A stretch of 64,000 nt of DNA from an uncultured Actinomycetes bacterium (GTDB lineage Bacteria > Actinomycetota > UBA4738 > JBBDHU01), in assembly GCA_964640385.1 (NCBI GenBank), contig CAZXFL010000001.1, forward strand, positions 81,609 to 145,608, read 5' to 3'. A program made the position numbers and the translations under genes. The first letter of the stretch is position 1. Each line of letters opens with the position of its first letter. Under the pieces are notes generated by a model. That model was not told the DNA's origin. It worked only from the letters and a program-made list of their open reading frames with translations, and ran no database searches. Positions 1 through 14,635 of this stretch are shown here, one piece after another.

Positions 1-21
1 CAGGTCCGTGCTGCTCGTCGA

Positions 22-1062
<1,041 letters not shown>

Positions 1063-1106
1063 CTACCGAGGCGCCGCGGGGGCAGCCTCGGCCACCGGGG
1101 AGCGCC

Positions 1107-2042
1107 TCAGTTCCCGCCTTTGTCCAGGTCGCGGTGCTCGATCGACACCGGCAAGTACCGACCGCGGAAGAACGTCGCCAGTTCCTCGCTGACCACGACC
1201 GACCGGTGGCGGCCTCCGGTACAGCCGATCGCGATCGTGAGGTAGTGCTTGCCCTCGGACACGTAACCCGGCAGCACGAACTCCAGCAGCGACCGGAAGC
1301 GGCGCATGAATTCGCGGTAGCCCCCCTGACCTTTGACGTACCCCCGCACCCGTTCGTCGGTTCCGGGGAGCGGCCGCAGGGTATCGACCCAGTGCGGGTT
1401 CGGCAGGAACCGGACGTCGAACACCAGATCGGCATCGCGCGGCGCCCCGTACTTGAACCCGAACGAGACGAGGGTCACCTGCAGGCTTTCCTCGGGCGGC
1501 GCCTCGGCGAAAGTCTGACGCACGCGGTCGCGCAGCTCGTGCGGGGTCAGGTCGGTCGTGTCGACGATGTAATCGGCCACCTCGCGGAGCGGCTCCATCA
1601 TCGGGCGCTCCTTGCGTATCCCCTCCACCATCCGGTCTCCCGACGCCAGCGGGTGCTTGCGCCGCGTCGCCTCGTACCGGTTCACCAGTTGCTCCTCGGA
1701 CGCCTCTAGGAACAGGATCCGGTACGGGACCCCCTGCTCCTTCAGCGCCTCGAGCGCCTCCGCCAGCTCGAGGAAGAACTGGCCCCCGCGCGCATCGACG
1801 ACGAATGCGATCCGGCTGGGACCGCCGGGACGCTGCGCCAGTTCGGCCATCTTGCTGATGAGTGCCGGCGGGAGGTTGTCCACGACGAAGAACCCGAGAT
1901 CCTCCAGGCACCGGGAGGCCTCGGAGCGGCCTGCGCCCGACAGCCCCGTGATGATCGTGAAGCCCGGCCCCGCGGGGAGCTGGGGTTGCTTGGCCTTCTT
2001 GGCCTTCTTGGCTTTCTTCGTGCGCTTCGCGGCCTCCGCCAT
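1107..2042 (-). CDS. rapZ: RNase adapter RapZ (YvcJ) family P-loop protein
   Basis: ITGLSGAGRS, VDNLP, SFGFKYG, DVRFLPNP, GCTGGRHRSV motifs; ATG overlaps uvrC stop (TGATG). Confidence 0.96.
   Translation of the reverse strand: MAEAAKRTKKAKKAKKAKQPQLPAGPGFTIITGLSGAGRSEASRCLEDLGFFVVDNLPPALISKMAELAQRPGGPSRIAFVVDARGGQFFLELAEALEALKEQGVPYRILFLEASEEQLVNRYEATRRKHPLASGDRMVEGIRKERPMMEPLREVADYIVDTTDLTPHELRDRVRQTFAEAPPEESLQVTLVSFGFKYGAPRDADLVFDVRFLPNPHWVDTLRPLPGTDERVRGYVKGQGGYREFMRRFRSLLEFVLPGYVSEGKHYLTIAIGCTGGRHRSVVVSEELATFFRGRYLPVSIEHRDLDKGGN
1989..2018. repeat. 9-bp tandem repeat (cttggcctt x3) encoding KKAKKAKKAK in the RapZ N-terminus
   Basis: cttggcctt-cttggcctt-cttggcttt-ctt read directly. Confidence 0.85.
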
Positions 2043-3949
2043 CAGGCGCCTTCTCTCACCATTGGTTCGCCATGGAGAGCAGCGTAGATGACCGCGGCGG
2101 TTTCGGGACCGATACCCGTGGTGGCGGCCAGATCCTCGGCCGACGCTTTCCGGACCTTGGCCAGCGAGCCGAACCGCGTCAGGAGGGCCTTCTTCCGCGC
2201 TGGGCCGACGCCCGCAACGTCATCAAGCGGCGAGGCCAGCGCACGCTTCTCCCGTCGCTGGCGGTGGTATGAGACCGCGAAGCGGTGCGCCTCGTCGCGC
2301 AGATGCTGCAGGACGAACAGGGCTTCCGAACCGCGAGGCACGTCCAGGGGCTCCGGATCGCCCGGGACGAAGACCTCCTCCAGCCGCTTCGCGAGCCCGA
2401 TGACGGGGATCTCCAAGCTCAGGTCCTCCAGGACCCGCGTCGCGACACCGAGCTGGCCACGGCCGCCGTCGACGACCACCAGGGCCGGCGGATAGGAGAA
2501 CGGCTGGCGGCGGCGTTCGGGTGAGGCCCCCTCTGCCGTTGGCTCGCCAGCAGCTCCGGCCTCCTCGCTGTCGGCGATCTTCGCGAACCTGCGCCGCAGC
2601 ACCTCATCCATGCTGGCGAAGTCGTCCTGTCCCTGGACGCCCTTGATCTGGAACCGCCGATACTGCGAGCGCTTCGGGAGCCCATCCTCGAACACCACCA
2701 TCGAGCCGACCTTGTCGGACTCCCCGAGGTTGGAGATGTCGTAGCACTCGATCCGCAGCGGAGCGTCGGCAAGCCCGAGCACATCACCCAATTCCGAGAG
2801 CGCTCTGGAACGAGCACCGAAATCGGAAGCGCGCTTCAGCTTGTGCCGCAGGAACACTTCCGAAGCGTTCTGGCTCGCGACCTCCACCAGGCGCCGCTTC
2901 GGCCCCCGCGCGGGGGTCCCGATCTTCACACCGGTCCCCCGCCGATCCGAGAGCCACCGCTCAAGGACCGTCGCGCCCGCCGGCGCCTCAGGTACCAACA
3001 CCCGCGTCGGGATCTCCTCTCGCTGCATGTACAACTCCTCGAGGAAGGATGCGATCAGCGCGGAGGTGTCCAGCGCCTCGACCTTGTCCACCACCCAGCC
3101 CCTGCGGCCCATCACCCTCCCGCGCCGCACGAAGAACACCTGGAACGCGGCCTCGAGATCGTCCTCGGCCACACCTACCACGTCGAGGTTCTCCTCGTCG
3201 GCCAGGACCATCTCCTGGCTCTCCGTGGCGCGCCGGGCAGCCGCGAGCTGGTCACGGGCCTTGGCGGCGCGCTCGTACTCTTGGTGCTCAGACGCCTCGT
3301 CCATCTTGGCCTCGAGACGCTTGAGCACCGGCCGGTGGTTCCCGGTCAGGAAATCCGCGAGGGCATCGACGTGCGCGCCGTAGCTCTCCTCGGTGACCCC
3401 GGTCACCTCCGGGACGCACGGACCGGCGCAGCGTTCGATGTCGTAGTAGAGACACGGACGCTTCGCGCGTGCGCGCTGATCGAAGAACGCGTTCGAGCAG
3501 GTCCGCACCGGGAAGACGCGGGTGAGCGCGTCGAGGGTTTCGCGGATCGCGTACGCGTGTCCGTATGGTCCGAAGTACTTGACACCTTTGCGCTTGCTCC
3601 CCCGCAGCACCTGTGCGCGCGGCCATCGTTCCCCAACCGTCAGCGCGAGGTAGGGGTAGGACTTATCGTCGCGGAACCGGATGTTGTAACGGGGCTCGTG
3701 CTCCTTGATGAGGTTGTACTCGAGCATCAGCGCGTCGACCTCGCCCGGGGTGACGATCCACTCCACGGTCGCGGCGTGCGCCATCATCGCCTCGGTCCGT
3801 GGGTGCTGGGTCTTGGCCCAGTACGACGAGAGGCGCTTCCGCAGCGACGCCGCCTTGCCCACGTAGACCACCCGGCCCTGCGCGTCGCGGAACAGGTAGG
3901 CACCGGGTTCGTCGGGGATCGTCGATGGCAGCAGCCGCGGAACGCTCAC
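2042..3949 (-). CDS. uvrC: excinuclease ABC subunit C
   Basis: GIY-YIG N-terminus (YVGKA, DDKSYPY), UVR domain, RIECYDISN, VDGGRGQ, RDEAHRFA, C-terminal HhH. Confidence 0.98.
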   Translation of the reverse strand: MSVPRLLPSTIPDEPGAYLFRDAQGRVVYVGKAASLRKRLSSYWAKTQHPRTEAMMAHAATVEWIVTPGEVDALMLEYNLIKEHEPRYNIRFRDDKSYPYLALTVGERWPRAQVLRGSKRKGVKYFGPYGHAYAIRETLDALTRVFPVRTCSNAFFDQRARAKRPCLYYDIERCAGPCVPEVTGVTEESYGAHVDALADFLTGNHRPVLKRLEAKMDEASEHQEYERAAKARDQLAAARRATESQEMVLADEENLDVVGVAEDDLEAAFQVFFVRRGRVMGRRGWVVDKVEALDTSALIASFLEELYMQREEIPTRVLVPEAPAGATVLERWLSDRRGTGVKIGTPARGPKRRLVEVASQNASEVFLRHKLKRASDFGARSRALSELGDVLGLADAPLRIECYDISNLGESDKVGSMVVFEDGLPKRSQYRRFQIKGVQGQDDFASMDEVLRRRFAKIADSEEAGAAGEPTAEGASPERRRQPFSYPPALVVVDGGRGQLGVATRVLEDLSLEIPVIGLAKRLEEVFVPGDPEPLDVPRGSEALFVLQHLRDEAHRFAVSYHRQRREKRALASPLDDVAGVGPARKKALLTRFGSLAKVRKASAEDLAATTGIGPETAAVIYAALHGEPMVREGA

Positions 3950-3955
3950 CAGGAC

Positions 3956-3961
3956 ATTCTA
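3956..3961 (-). promoter_or_regulatory. -10 element TAGAAT, leaderless uvrC promoter
   Basis: TAGAAT 6 nt upstream of GTG start; no SD. Confidence 0.7.
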
Positions 3962-3997
3962 GGGTCGAGCGGTCGGTCGCCCGGCGGGGGCCGGAGG

Positions 3998-5623
3998 CTA
4001 GCCGACGACGAGCGTGCCGGTCATGGTCGTCGGGTGGAAATAGCAGTTGAAGAAGTACCGGCCCGGTTTCTGCGCGTCGATCTCGTAGGTGGCAGAGGTG
4101 CCGGGATCGACCCCATCGGTGTTCGCGAAGATCGGGGTCGTGGCGCTCTGATCCGTGTAGACCGCGACGTTGTGAGCGGCGGTGTCGTCATTCGCGAACT
4201 GGATCTTGAAGCCCTTGCCCGCCTCCGCCGCGAGGCAAGTCAGATCGAACCCTGAGGCGACGGCACCGGCCGGTGCCGTTACCGCAAGGATCGTCGGTTC
4301 GCACTCGGCAGCGGGAAGCGGTGGTGCGGCCTCGTCCTGGACCGGGCTGGGGCTCGGCCGTGCGATCGGGACGTCCTCGGCCGAGGTCAGGGTGCCCACC
4401 TGCAGGTCGCCGTTCGAACGGTCGTACCAAGCGATGAAGACCTTGGCCCCGTCCGCCGACACGGCGATCGACGGGGAATCCCCTCCGTCCGTCGCTGCGG
4501 CCCTCACCGTCTCCAGTTTGCCCTCCGCGCCACGCGCGAGCTTCACCGAGTTCGACGGCAGGTCGTACCAGGTGATGTACTCGGTCCCCTCGTCGTCCAG
4601 CGCGATGCCGGTCGACCACCCGAACGGACTGCCAGCCTCCGCGCTGCCGTCGGCGATCTTCTGGGCGGTCATCCCGCCCCCGACCCCGTCGGCGAGCCGG
4701 ACCTCTCCCGTCGCTGTGTAGTAGCTGGCCAGCGCGTTGTCCCCGTCGACGTGCAGGTCGATCCCGAAGCCACCGGCACCGCGTTCGATGACCGAGCTCC
4801 CGATGTGGAAGGAGTTGTCGGCGCCCCCCACAGGATCGATGCTTGCGATGACCGGGGAGGCTCCGTCCGTGAAGGCCACCCACATCCCTTCGGCGCCGGC
4901 CGCAACCGATGTCCGCGCAGCAGGACACTCCGTGCACCCATCGACCTTGTCTACAATGATCTCGTACCAGCGCCCGCGGTCGTTCAGGGTACTCACGAAA
5001 ACCGACCCAGGTCCCCGGTAGTACGCCACCCAGGGGGCGCCTGCGGCGTCGGTGGCGATCGATGCGCCGTAGGCCATCGACGACCGGGCCACGGTCGTCG
5101 GCTCGAAGGCACCGCCGCTGTCGTTCGCGTACTTGACGCCCTCCTTGTCCGTCCACGCGACGTGGACCGACCCCGTTTCGTCGACCGCCGCCGACACACC
5201 GACGGTCGGCAGCGGCGTTTGCTTGACGTCGGGCTCCTCACCCGAGAGCTCCACGAGGTTCAGGTCGCCGGTCGGGGCCTCGCCCGGTTCCCGCTGCCAC
5301 GCGACCGCCCCGATGTTCCAGTACCCGTCGCCCTGGACGTCCGCGAACAGTATGTTGGGGACGGCCGGAAGGTGCAGCTCCCGCGTGTCCTCGATCTCGC
5401 CTTCCGGCAGCACCTGCTTGAAGCCGGCGTAGGCCACCATCGGGTTCCCCTCGCCGTCCAGGACGATCGATGGGCTCACGCCGACGTCCCTCGCGTAGTC
5501 GACGACGCTGGGGATGAACCGCTCGCCGGACCCTTGGTTGAGGGTCGGCGGGGCCTGCTTCGCGCACGCGGCCCCGACGAGGGCTGCGGCGGCGAGAACG
5601 GAGATGAGGGCCTTCCTAGACAC
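3998..5623 (-). CDS. lipoprotein with repeat/beta-propeller-like body and C-terminal cupredoxin domain
   Basis: signal peptide and lipobox (LVGAA-C); repeated 'xIAxDxxGxxxVAY/W' blades; C-terminal HNV...CYFHPTTM type-1 copper ligands; start moved to GTG 5623 downstream of TAGGAT. Confidence 0.75.
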   Translation of the reverse strand: MSRKALISVLAAAALVGAACAKQAPPTLNQGSGERFIPSVVDYARDVGVSPSIVLDGEGNPMVAYAGFKQVLPEGEIEDTRELHLPAVPNILFADVQGDGYWNIGAVAWQREPGEAPTGDLNLVELSGEEPDVKQTPLPTVGVSAAVDETGSVHVAWTDKEGVKYANDSGGAFEPTTVARSSMAYGASIATDAAGAPWVAYYRGPGSVFVSTLNDRGRWYEIIVDKVDGCTECPAARTSVAAGAEGMWVAFTDGASPVIASIDPVGGADNSFHIGSSVIERGAGGFGIDLHVDGDNALASYYTATGEVRLADGVGGGMTAQKIADGSAEAGSPFGWSTGIALDDEGTEYITWYDLPSNSVKLARGAEGKLETVRAAATDGGDSPSIAVSADGAKVFIAWYDRSNGDLQVGTLTSAEDVPIARPSPSPVQDEAAPPLPAAECEPTILAVTAPAGAVASGFDLTCLAAEAGKGFKIQFANDDTAAHNVAVYTDQSATTPIFANTDGVDPGTSATYEIDAQKPGRYFFNCYFHPTTMTGTLVVG

Positions 5624-5669
5624 AGCGGGGCACATCCTACACAACAGGCACGGGCGGGATGGGGAGGAG

Positions 5670-8537
<2,868 letters not shown>

Positions 8538-8590
8538 GGAGGGCATCTTAGCCGCGGCCCCGGGAAGGCTTGCCGTAGGCTGGGCAGCCT

Positions 8591-9955
8591 ATGGAGGGGG
8601 TCCCGGCCGCCGAGGCGGCGCACCCGACGTTCGCCGGCGCATCCCGGTTCTGGGTCAAGCTGGGCTTCATCAACTTCGGCGGCCCCACCGGTCAGATCGC
8701 GATCATGCACCAGGAGCTGGTCGATCGCCGCCGATGGATCTCCGACGGGCGATTCCTGCACGCACTGAACTACTGCATGCTGCTGCCCGGGCCCGAGGCC
8801 CAGCAGCTGGCCGTCTACGTCGGCTGGCTGCTCCATGGAACGGCCGGGGGCCTGGTGGCCGGCATCTTCTTCATCGTGCCGAGCTTCTTCTTGATGCTGG
8901 TCCTGTCCTGGCTGGCGGCCGCGCACGGCGACGTCACATGGGTGTCGGCCGTCTTCTACGGTCTCGGGGCGGCCGTCGTCGGTCTGGTCGGGGCCGCCGT
9001 GATACGCGTCGGGTCCAAGGCGCTCAAGAACCCGGTCATGATCGCGGTATCGGTCGTGTCGTTCATCGCCATCTTCTTCGTCGGGGTCCCGTTCCCCATC
9101 GTGGTGATCTCGGCGGGCCTCATCGGGCTCGCGGCCGGCCATCGGTGGCCGGCGATCTTCGCCGTCGTGAAAGGGGACGGTGGTGGCGGCGATGATGAGG
9201 CAGTTCTCCACGACGACGCGGCGACACCCGACCACGCCCACGCGAGCACGTGGCGGGCCATCCGGGTCCTGGCGATCGGTCTCGCCGCGTGGATCCTGCC
9301 CTTGCTGCTCGTCGCCTCGCTCGACTTCGGGACCGAGGTGTTCCGCGATCAGGCGCTCTTCTTCTCGAAGGCGGCGGTCGTCACGTTCGGAGGCGCGTAC
9401 GCGGTCCTCACCTACATCAACGTGGCGGCCGTTCAGACCTACGGCTGGGTGACGTCCTCGCAGATGGTGACGGGTCTGGGACTCGCGGAGTCGACACCCG
9501 GGCCACTGATCATGGTGACGCAGTTCGTCGGGTTCCTCGGCGCATACACGTTCCACGGTGACCTCTCCCCCCTCGCAGCGGGAGTCCTGGGATCGGTCGT
9601 GGTCGTGTGGGCGACCTTCGCTCCATGCTTCCTGTGGATCTTCCTCGGAGCGCCGTACATCGAGCGGCTCCGAGGCAACGTGCGCCTGACGTCGGCGCTA
9701 TCGACGATCACGGCCGCGGTGGTCGGCGTCATCGCGAGCCTGGCGGTGACGTTCGGCGTCACCACGCTCTTTGCCACGGTGACGCAGCACCCGTTCCTCA
9801 ACACCGTCCTGCCGGTCCCCGATCTTTCGACGATCGACCCGTTCGCGACGGGGATCGCCCTGGTCGCGTTCGTCGGGATCTGGCGCTTCAAGTGGAACGT
9901 GGTGCTGGTCGTGCTGGCCGCCGCAGTCGCCGGCCTCCTCCGCTCGTTCCTCTAG
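8591..9955 (+). CDS. chrA: chromate efflux transporter (CHR family, long chain)
   Basis: [21 protein letters not shown] and duplicated TFGGAY / STPGP motifs. Confidence 0.92.
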   Translation: MEGVPAAEAAHPTFAGASRFWVKLGFINFGGPTGQIAIMHQELVDRRRWISDGRFLHALNYCMLLPGPEAQQLAVYVGWLLHGTAGGLVAGIFFIVPSFFLMLVLSWLAAAHGDVTWVSAVFYGLGAAVVGLVGAAVIRVGSKALKNPVMIAVSVVSFIAIFFVGVPFPIVVISAGLIGLAAGHRWPAIFAVVKGDGGGGDDEAVLHDDAATPDHAHASTWRAIRVLAIGLAAWILPLLLVASLDFGTEVFRDQALFFSKAAVVTFGGAYAVLTYINVAAVQTYGWVTSSQMVTGLGLAESTPGPLIMVTQFVGFLGAYTFHGDLSPLAAGVLGSVVVVWATFAPCFLWIFLGAPYIERLRGNVRLTSALSTITAAVVGVIASLAVTFGVTTLFATVTQHPFLNTVLPVPDLSTIDPFATGIALVAFVGIWRFKWNVVLVVLAAAVAGLLRSFL

Positions 9956-10722
9956 ACGTGTCGCCTCACCGCGAGCTGCCGGACGGCAGCGGATACCGGG
10001 ACCGGGCTCGCGATCAGGTCGCCGAGTCCTACCTCAACCTCATCGATCGCCTCGGCCCCGAATGACTCGCCCACGAACCTGTTCTCGCGCATGGTAGGAA
10101 GGTTGAGGAGGAAGATCCGTGCGATGCGGGCGGCGCCGGGGTCGAAGGTGACCACGCCGTTCACGACCACCTCGGCGTCGGGGAGTGACGACGCGGCGTC
10201 GAGGACCGGGCCAAGTCGCAACGTTGCGCCCTCCGCGGCGACCATCGCTTCGGAGATCTCCAAGTACCGGGCGACGACGGGGTGCGAAGACTCGATGCGT
10301 TCGTACTCCTCCACGGCGACTATCCCCCCGGGCTCGAGCTGCGTCACCCACGACTCAAGGACGTCCATCGGTTCCGGCAGGTGCCCTAGGACGAACCGGC
10401 AGTACAGCAGGTCCGCGCGGCCCCACGGGAATGGCACGTCCGACACGTCGTGAACGACGAACTCCGCACCTGCGACGACGCCACTCGCCTCCTCCAGGAA
10501 ACGTTCGGACCGGTCGACGCCGATCAGGCGTTCGGGAGTCAGCGCCTCGGCGAGCAGTGCCGTGGTGCCGCCGGGGCCACACCCGAGGTCGACCGCGACC
10601 CCGATCGGCCTCTCAACGAGCTCCCGCAAGAACGCCAGGCTCGACGACCCGTACACCTCGGCGAGGAGCCGCAGCCGCTCGCCAGCGATCTCGGAGTCTC
10701 CATACGTGTACCGGGCGCTCAC
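9952..10722 (-). CDS. class I SAM-dependent methyltransferase
   Basis: VDLGCGPG motif I; GTGA overlap with upstream amidohydrolase. Confidence 0.88.
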   Translation of the reverse strand: MSARYTYGDSEIAGERLRLLAEVYGSSSLAFLRELVERPIGVAVDLGCGPGGTTALLAEALTPERLIGVDRSERFLEEASGVVAGAEFVVHDVSDVPFPWGRADLLYCRFVLGHLPEPMDVLESWVTQLEPGGIVAVEEYERIESSHPVVARYLEISEAMVAAEGATLRLGPVLDAASSLPDAEVVVNGVVTFDPGAARIARIFLLNLPTMRENRFVGESFGAEAIDEVEVGLGDLIASPVPVSAAVRQLAVRRHV

Positions 10723-11756
10723 TCCTCGACCGCCCAGGCGACCTGGCCGCCCCGCATGACCAGCAGCAAGTCGTCGAACACGGACAGGTCCGAGAACGGG
10801 CTCTCGGGCAGGCCGATGAGGTCGGCCGGTCCCCCCTCCTCTATCGGCGCTCGGATCAGCCCGGCAATGATCTCGTTGTTGGACAGCCCCGCCTCGCGCA
10901 TCAGCATCAGCTCCCGCACGTGGATGCCCGGCGGGATGTCGCCGTTCCCCAGGTCGGTGCCGTAGACCACCTCACCCCCGGCATCGTGGAACCGTCGCAG
11001 GTTGTCCAGGGCCACGCGGATCTGCGGCGTGTCGTTGCCGAAGGAGAGCATGTCCAGGGTCGAGACCACCCGCACCGACCCCGCCATGGCCTGAACCGTC
11101 CGGTCCGGCAACCGATGCGACCACGGTGTGTGGGCGAGTTCCGCAACGCCCGCGCCGACGGCGCGCTCGACCTGCCCGTCTCCCTGCGCATGCACCGTGA
11201 CCGGCAGTTCATCTTCCGCCGCGGTCGCGACGATCGCGGCAAGGATCGCGTCGCTCGGGGTCGGTCCCGCCTCGCTATCGAGCGCCACCTTGATCTGTCC
11301 CGCCCCCCGCGAGATCAGGTCCTCGACCGCCCAAACCGCGTCTTCGGGTTCCGCGATCTCGAGGGCCGTTCCCTTCGGGGCCCAGCCGTCTGTCGACGGA
11401 TACCCACCCGGCGCCGTCAAGATCGGTCCCGCCGGGACGATCAGTGGCCCGGCGAATGACTCCCACTGCGACGCTTCCGCCATCGAGAAGATCGCGTCGG
11501 CCGGCCAGCCGAGGTCACGTACCGCCGTGACCCCACGTCCGAGTACCGCGACGGGGTCGGACAGACCGATATGCACGTGCCGATCTGCAGCCGCCGGCAT
11601 CAGGAACCCGTCGAGCTCGACGATCTCGTTGGCCTCGGGAGCGTCGGCCTCCTGTCCGGCGAACGTGACCCGGTCGCCGTCGGCGACGACCGCCGCACGG
11701 GCGACCAGCCGGCCGGGCCCGAACCAGGCCAGCGGAGCCCGGACGAGGACGGTCAC
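10719..11756 (-). CDS. metal-dependent amidohydrolase family protein
   Basis: [31 protein letters not shown] motifs; GTGA overlap with uvrB stop. Confidence 0.87.
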   Translation of the reverse strand: MTVLVRAPLAWFGPGRLVARAAVVADGDRVTFAGQEADAPEANEIVELDGFLMPAAADRHVHIGLSDPVAVLGRGVTAVRDLGWPADAIFSMAEASQWESFAGPLIVPAGPILTAPGGYPSTDGWAPKGTALEIAEPEDAVWAVEDLISRGAGQIKVALDSEAGPTPSDAILAAIVATAAEDELPVTVHAQGDGQVERAVGAGVAELAHTPWSHRLPDRTVQAMAGSVRVVSTLDMLSFGNDTPQIRVALDNLRRFHDAGGEVVYGTDLGNGDIPPGIHVRELMLMREAGLSNNEIIAGLIRAPIEEGGPADLIGLPESPFSDLSVFDDLLLVMRGGQVAWAVEE

Positions 11757-13765
11757 CTGCCGACGCCCGCCGCGCGGAGCGCCTTGAGTTCCTTGCGCAG
11801 GTCCCCTACCTCGTCTCTGATCCGGGCCGCGTACTCGAACCGCAGATCCTTGGCGGCGTCGTGCATCTCGTCCTCCAGCGTCTGGATGAGGCGTTCGAGC
11901 TCCTCCACCGGCATCTCCGGGACGTCACGCTTCCGCCGAGACTTCTTCTCGGCCTTGACCAGCGACTCCGCCTCCATCGACAGCAGGATATCGGTCACCT
12001 TCTTGCGGATCGTCTGCGGGTCGATGCCGTGCTCCTCGTTGTAGTCGAGTTGGATCTTGCGTCGGCGCATGGTCTCGGAGATGGCGTGCTTCATCGAGTC
12101 CGTCACCTGGTCCGCGTACATCAGCACCTTGCCGTCCACGTTCCGTGCGGCCCGCCCGATGGTCTGGATCAAGGACGTTTCCGATCGCAGGAACCCCTCC
12201 TTGTCCGCGTCCAGGATCGCAACCAGAGACACCTCGGGAAGATCCAATCCCTCCCGGAGCAGGTTGATCCCGACCAGGCAGTCGAACTCGCCGAGCCGCA
12301 GGTCGCGCAGGATCTCGATGCGCTGCAACGTGTCGACCTCTGAGTGCAGGTAACGCACCCGGACGCCCATCTCAACCAGGTAGTCGGTCAGGTCCTCGGA
12401 CATCTTCTTGGTAAGCGTCGTGACCAGCACCCGCTGACCGGCTTCGGCACGTCGGCGTATCTCCTCGATCAGATCGTCCACCTGACCACGGGTCGGGCGG
12501 ATCTCCACCTCCGGATCCACCAAGCCCGTCGGCCGCACGATCTGCTCCACGATCCGTTTCGAGATCCGCAGCTCGTAGTCCGAGGGCGTCGCCGACATGT
12601 ACACGACCTGGTTGACGCGCCCGGTGAATTCGTCGAACCGCAGCGGCCGGTTGTCCAGCGCCGACGGCAAGCGGAACCCGTGCTCGACCAGCGTTTCCTT
12701 CCGGCTCTTGTCGCCCTCGTACATCGCGCGCAGCTGCGGCACGGTGACGTGCGACTCGTCGATCACGCAGAGCCAGTTGTCCGGGAAGTAGTCGAGCAGG
12801 GTGTAGGGCGCGGTCCCGGCCTCGCGTCCGTCGAGGTGGCGCGAATAGTTCTCGATCCCCGAGCAGAACCCCATCTCGCGCAGCATCTCGAGGTCGTAGG
12901 TGGTCCGCATCCGCAGGCGCTGGGCTTCGAGCAGCTTCCCCTCCCCGTCCAGTTGCGCCAGCCGCTCGATCATCTCGGCTTCGATGCCCGCGATCGCGTG
13001 CTTCATGCGCTCGTCGCTCGCGACGTAATGCGACGCGGCATAGATCGTGATCTCGGGTAGCTCTCCCAGCACCTCTCCCGTGATCGTGTCGATCCGCAGG
13101 ATCCGCTCGACGTCGTCGCCCCAGAACTCGATCCGGACGGCGGTCTGCTCGTACGCCGGGAACACCTCCAGCGTGTCGCCCTGCACGCGGAACTTCCCGC
13201 GGACGAAGTTGACCTGGTTGCGCTCGTACTGGATATCGACCAGCCGCTGGATCGCGAAGTCGTGATCCAGGGACACCCCCTTGTGCACCCGCAGGATCTG
13301 GCCCATGTACTCCTCGGGCGAACCGAGGCCGTAGATGCACGACACGCTGGCGACGATCAGAACGTCCTCGCGGGTGAGCAGGGCGCTGGTGGCCGAATGC
13401 CGCAGCCGGTCGATCTCGTCGTTCACCGATGAGTCCTTCTCGATGTAGGTGTCGGTCTGCGGGACGTAGGCCTCGGGCTGGTAGTAGTCGTAGTAGCTCA
13501 CGAAGTAGCCGACCGCGTTGTCCGGGAAGACCTCGCGGAACTCGTTCACGAGCTGCGCGGCCAGCGATTTGTTCGGCGCGATGACGAGGGTCGGCTTCTG
13601 GACCTGCTCGACGAGGTGGGCGATCGTGAAGGTCTTGCCGGTCCCGGTCGCGCCCAGGAGGGTCAGCCCGGCCTCCCCTGCCCGTACGCCCTCGGTGAGC
13701 GCCGCGATCGCCTCCGGCTGATCGCCGGAGGGCCGGAAGTCCGCGCGGACCTTGAAGGATGGCAT
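11753..13765 (-). CDS. uvrB: excinuclease ABC subunit B
   Basis: [36 protein letters not shown]-terminal UVR. Confidence 0.99.
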   Translation of the reverse strand: MPSFKVRADFRPSGDQPEAIAALTEGVRAGEAGLTLLGATGTGKTFTIAHLVEQVQKPTLVIAPNKSLAAQLVNEFREVFPDNAVGYFVSYYDYYQPEAYVPQTDTYIEKDSSVNDEIDRLRHSATSALLTREDVLIVASVSCIYGLGSPEEYMGQILRVHKGVSLDHDFAIQRLVDIQYERNQVNFVRGKFRVQGDTLEVFPAYEQTAVRIEFWGDDVERILRIDTITGEVLGELPEITIYAASHYVASDERMKHAIAGIEAEMIERLAQLDGEGKLLEAQRLRMRTTYDLEMLREMGFCSGIENYSRHLDGREAGTAPYTLLDYFPDNWLCVIDESHVTVPQLRAMYEGDKSRKETLVEHGFRLPSALDNRPLRFDEFTGRVNQVVYMSATPSDYELRISKRIVEQIVRPTGLVDPEVEIRPTRGQVDDLIEEIRRRAEAGQRVLVTTLTKKMSEDLTDYLVEMGVRVRYLHSEVDTLQRIEILRDLRLGEFDCLVGINLLREGLDLPEVSLVAILDADKEGFLRSETSLIQTIGRAARNVDGKVLMYADQVTDSMKHAISETMRRRKIQLDYNEEHGIDPQTIRKKVTDILLSMEAESLVKAEKKSRRKRDVPEMPVEELERLIQTLEDEMHDAAKDLRFEYAARIRDEVGDLRKELKALRAAGVGR

Positions 13766-13771
13766 GGGGGG

Positions 13772-13793
13772 ATTCTAGGCTCGGGTCCCGACA
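13772..13793 (-). promoter_or_regulatory. RecA-NDp / PafBC-type promoter TGTCGG-N10-TAGAAT, leaderless uvrB
   Basis: minus strand TGTCGG gacccgagcc TAGAAT cccccc ATG; exact match to TGTCGG-N10-TAnnnT. Confidence 0.75.
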
Positions 13794-13846
13794 TCGCATC
13801 ATCGGCCAAGCGGAGGCAGGAAGCCGATCAGATCATCGCCGCGCTC

Positions 13847-14635
13847 TTAAGGACGCCTTCCCCAGTCTCCTCGCGCCCAGAGCCGGCCGGCTTCGATGAT
13901 CCGGTCGAGGAACCGGCGCGTGCGTTCCTCGCGCGGTTCGCTGAAGATCTGCTCGGGCGGCCCCTCCTCGAGGATCCTGCCCTGATCCAGGAAGCACACG
14001 CGGTTGGCGATGTCGCGGGCGAAATGCATCTCGTGGGTGGCGATCAGCATCGTCATGCCCGACGAGGCGAGTTCCCGGATGAGGGTGAGCACTTCGGCAA
14101 CCAGTTCAGGGTCAAGGGCGCTGGTCACTTCATCCAGCAGCAAGATGTCGGGGTCCATGGCCAGTGCGCGCACGATCGCGACCCGTTGCTGCTGTCCCCC
14201 GGAGAGGCGGTCCGGATATTCGTTCCGTTTGTCGGCCAGCCCGATCCGATCGAGGAGCTCGACCGCGCGCGCCTCGGCGGACGGCCTCGGCACCCCTCCA
14301 GCCTTGATCGGCCCTAGCGTCACGTTCCGCAGGACCGTCATATGCGGGAAGAGGTTGAACGCCTGGAAGACGATGCCGATGTGCCGGCGGATGGCGTTCA
14401 CATCGACACCCCGGGCGGTGATCTCCTGGCCCTCCACGACGATCCGCCCCTCATCGATCTCTTCGAGCAGGTTGATGCACCGCAGCAGCGTGGACTTGCC
14501 AGAGCCGGAGGCCCCGATCAGGCAGACGACTTCGTGTTCGTCGAGATCGAGATCGATACCTTTCAGAACTTCGAGCGTGCCGAACGACTTGCAGAGCCCA
14601 GAGATCGCGAGTGCCCTACCGCCCTCGGCACCCAT
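13847..14635 (-). CDS. polar amino acid ABC transporter ATP-binding protein
   Basis: [31 protein letters not shown]; ATG overlaps permease stop. Confidence 0.93.
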   Translation of the reverse strand: MGAEGGRALAISGLCKSFGTLEVLKGIDLDLDEHEVVCLIGASGSGKSTLLRCINLLEEIDEGRIVVEGQEITARGVDVNAIRRHIGIVFQAFNLFPHMTVLRNVTLGPIKAGGVPRPSAEARAVELLDRIGLADKRNEYPDRLSGGQQQRVAIVRALAMDPDILLLDEVTSALDPELVAEVLTLIRELASSGMTMLIATHEMHFARDIANRVCFLDQGRILEEGPPEQIFSEPREERTRRFLDRIIEAGRLWARGDWGRRP

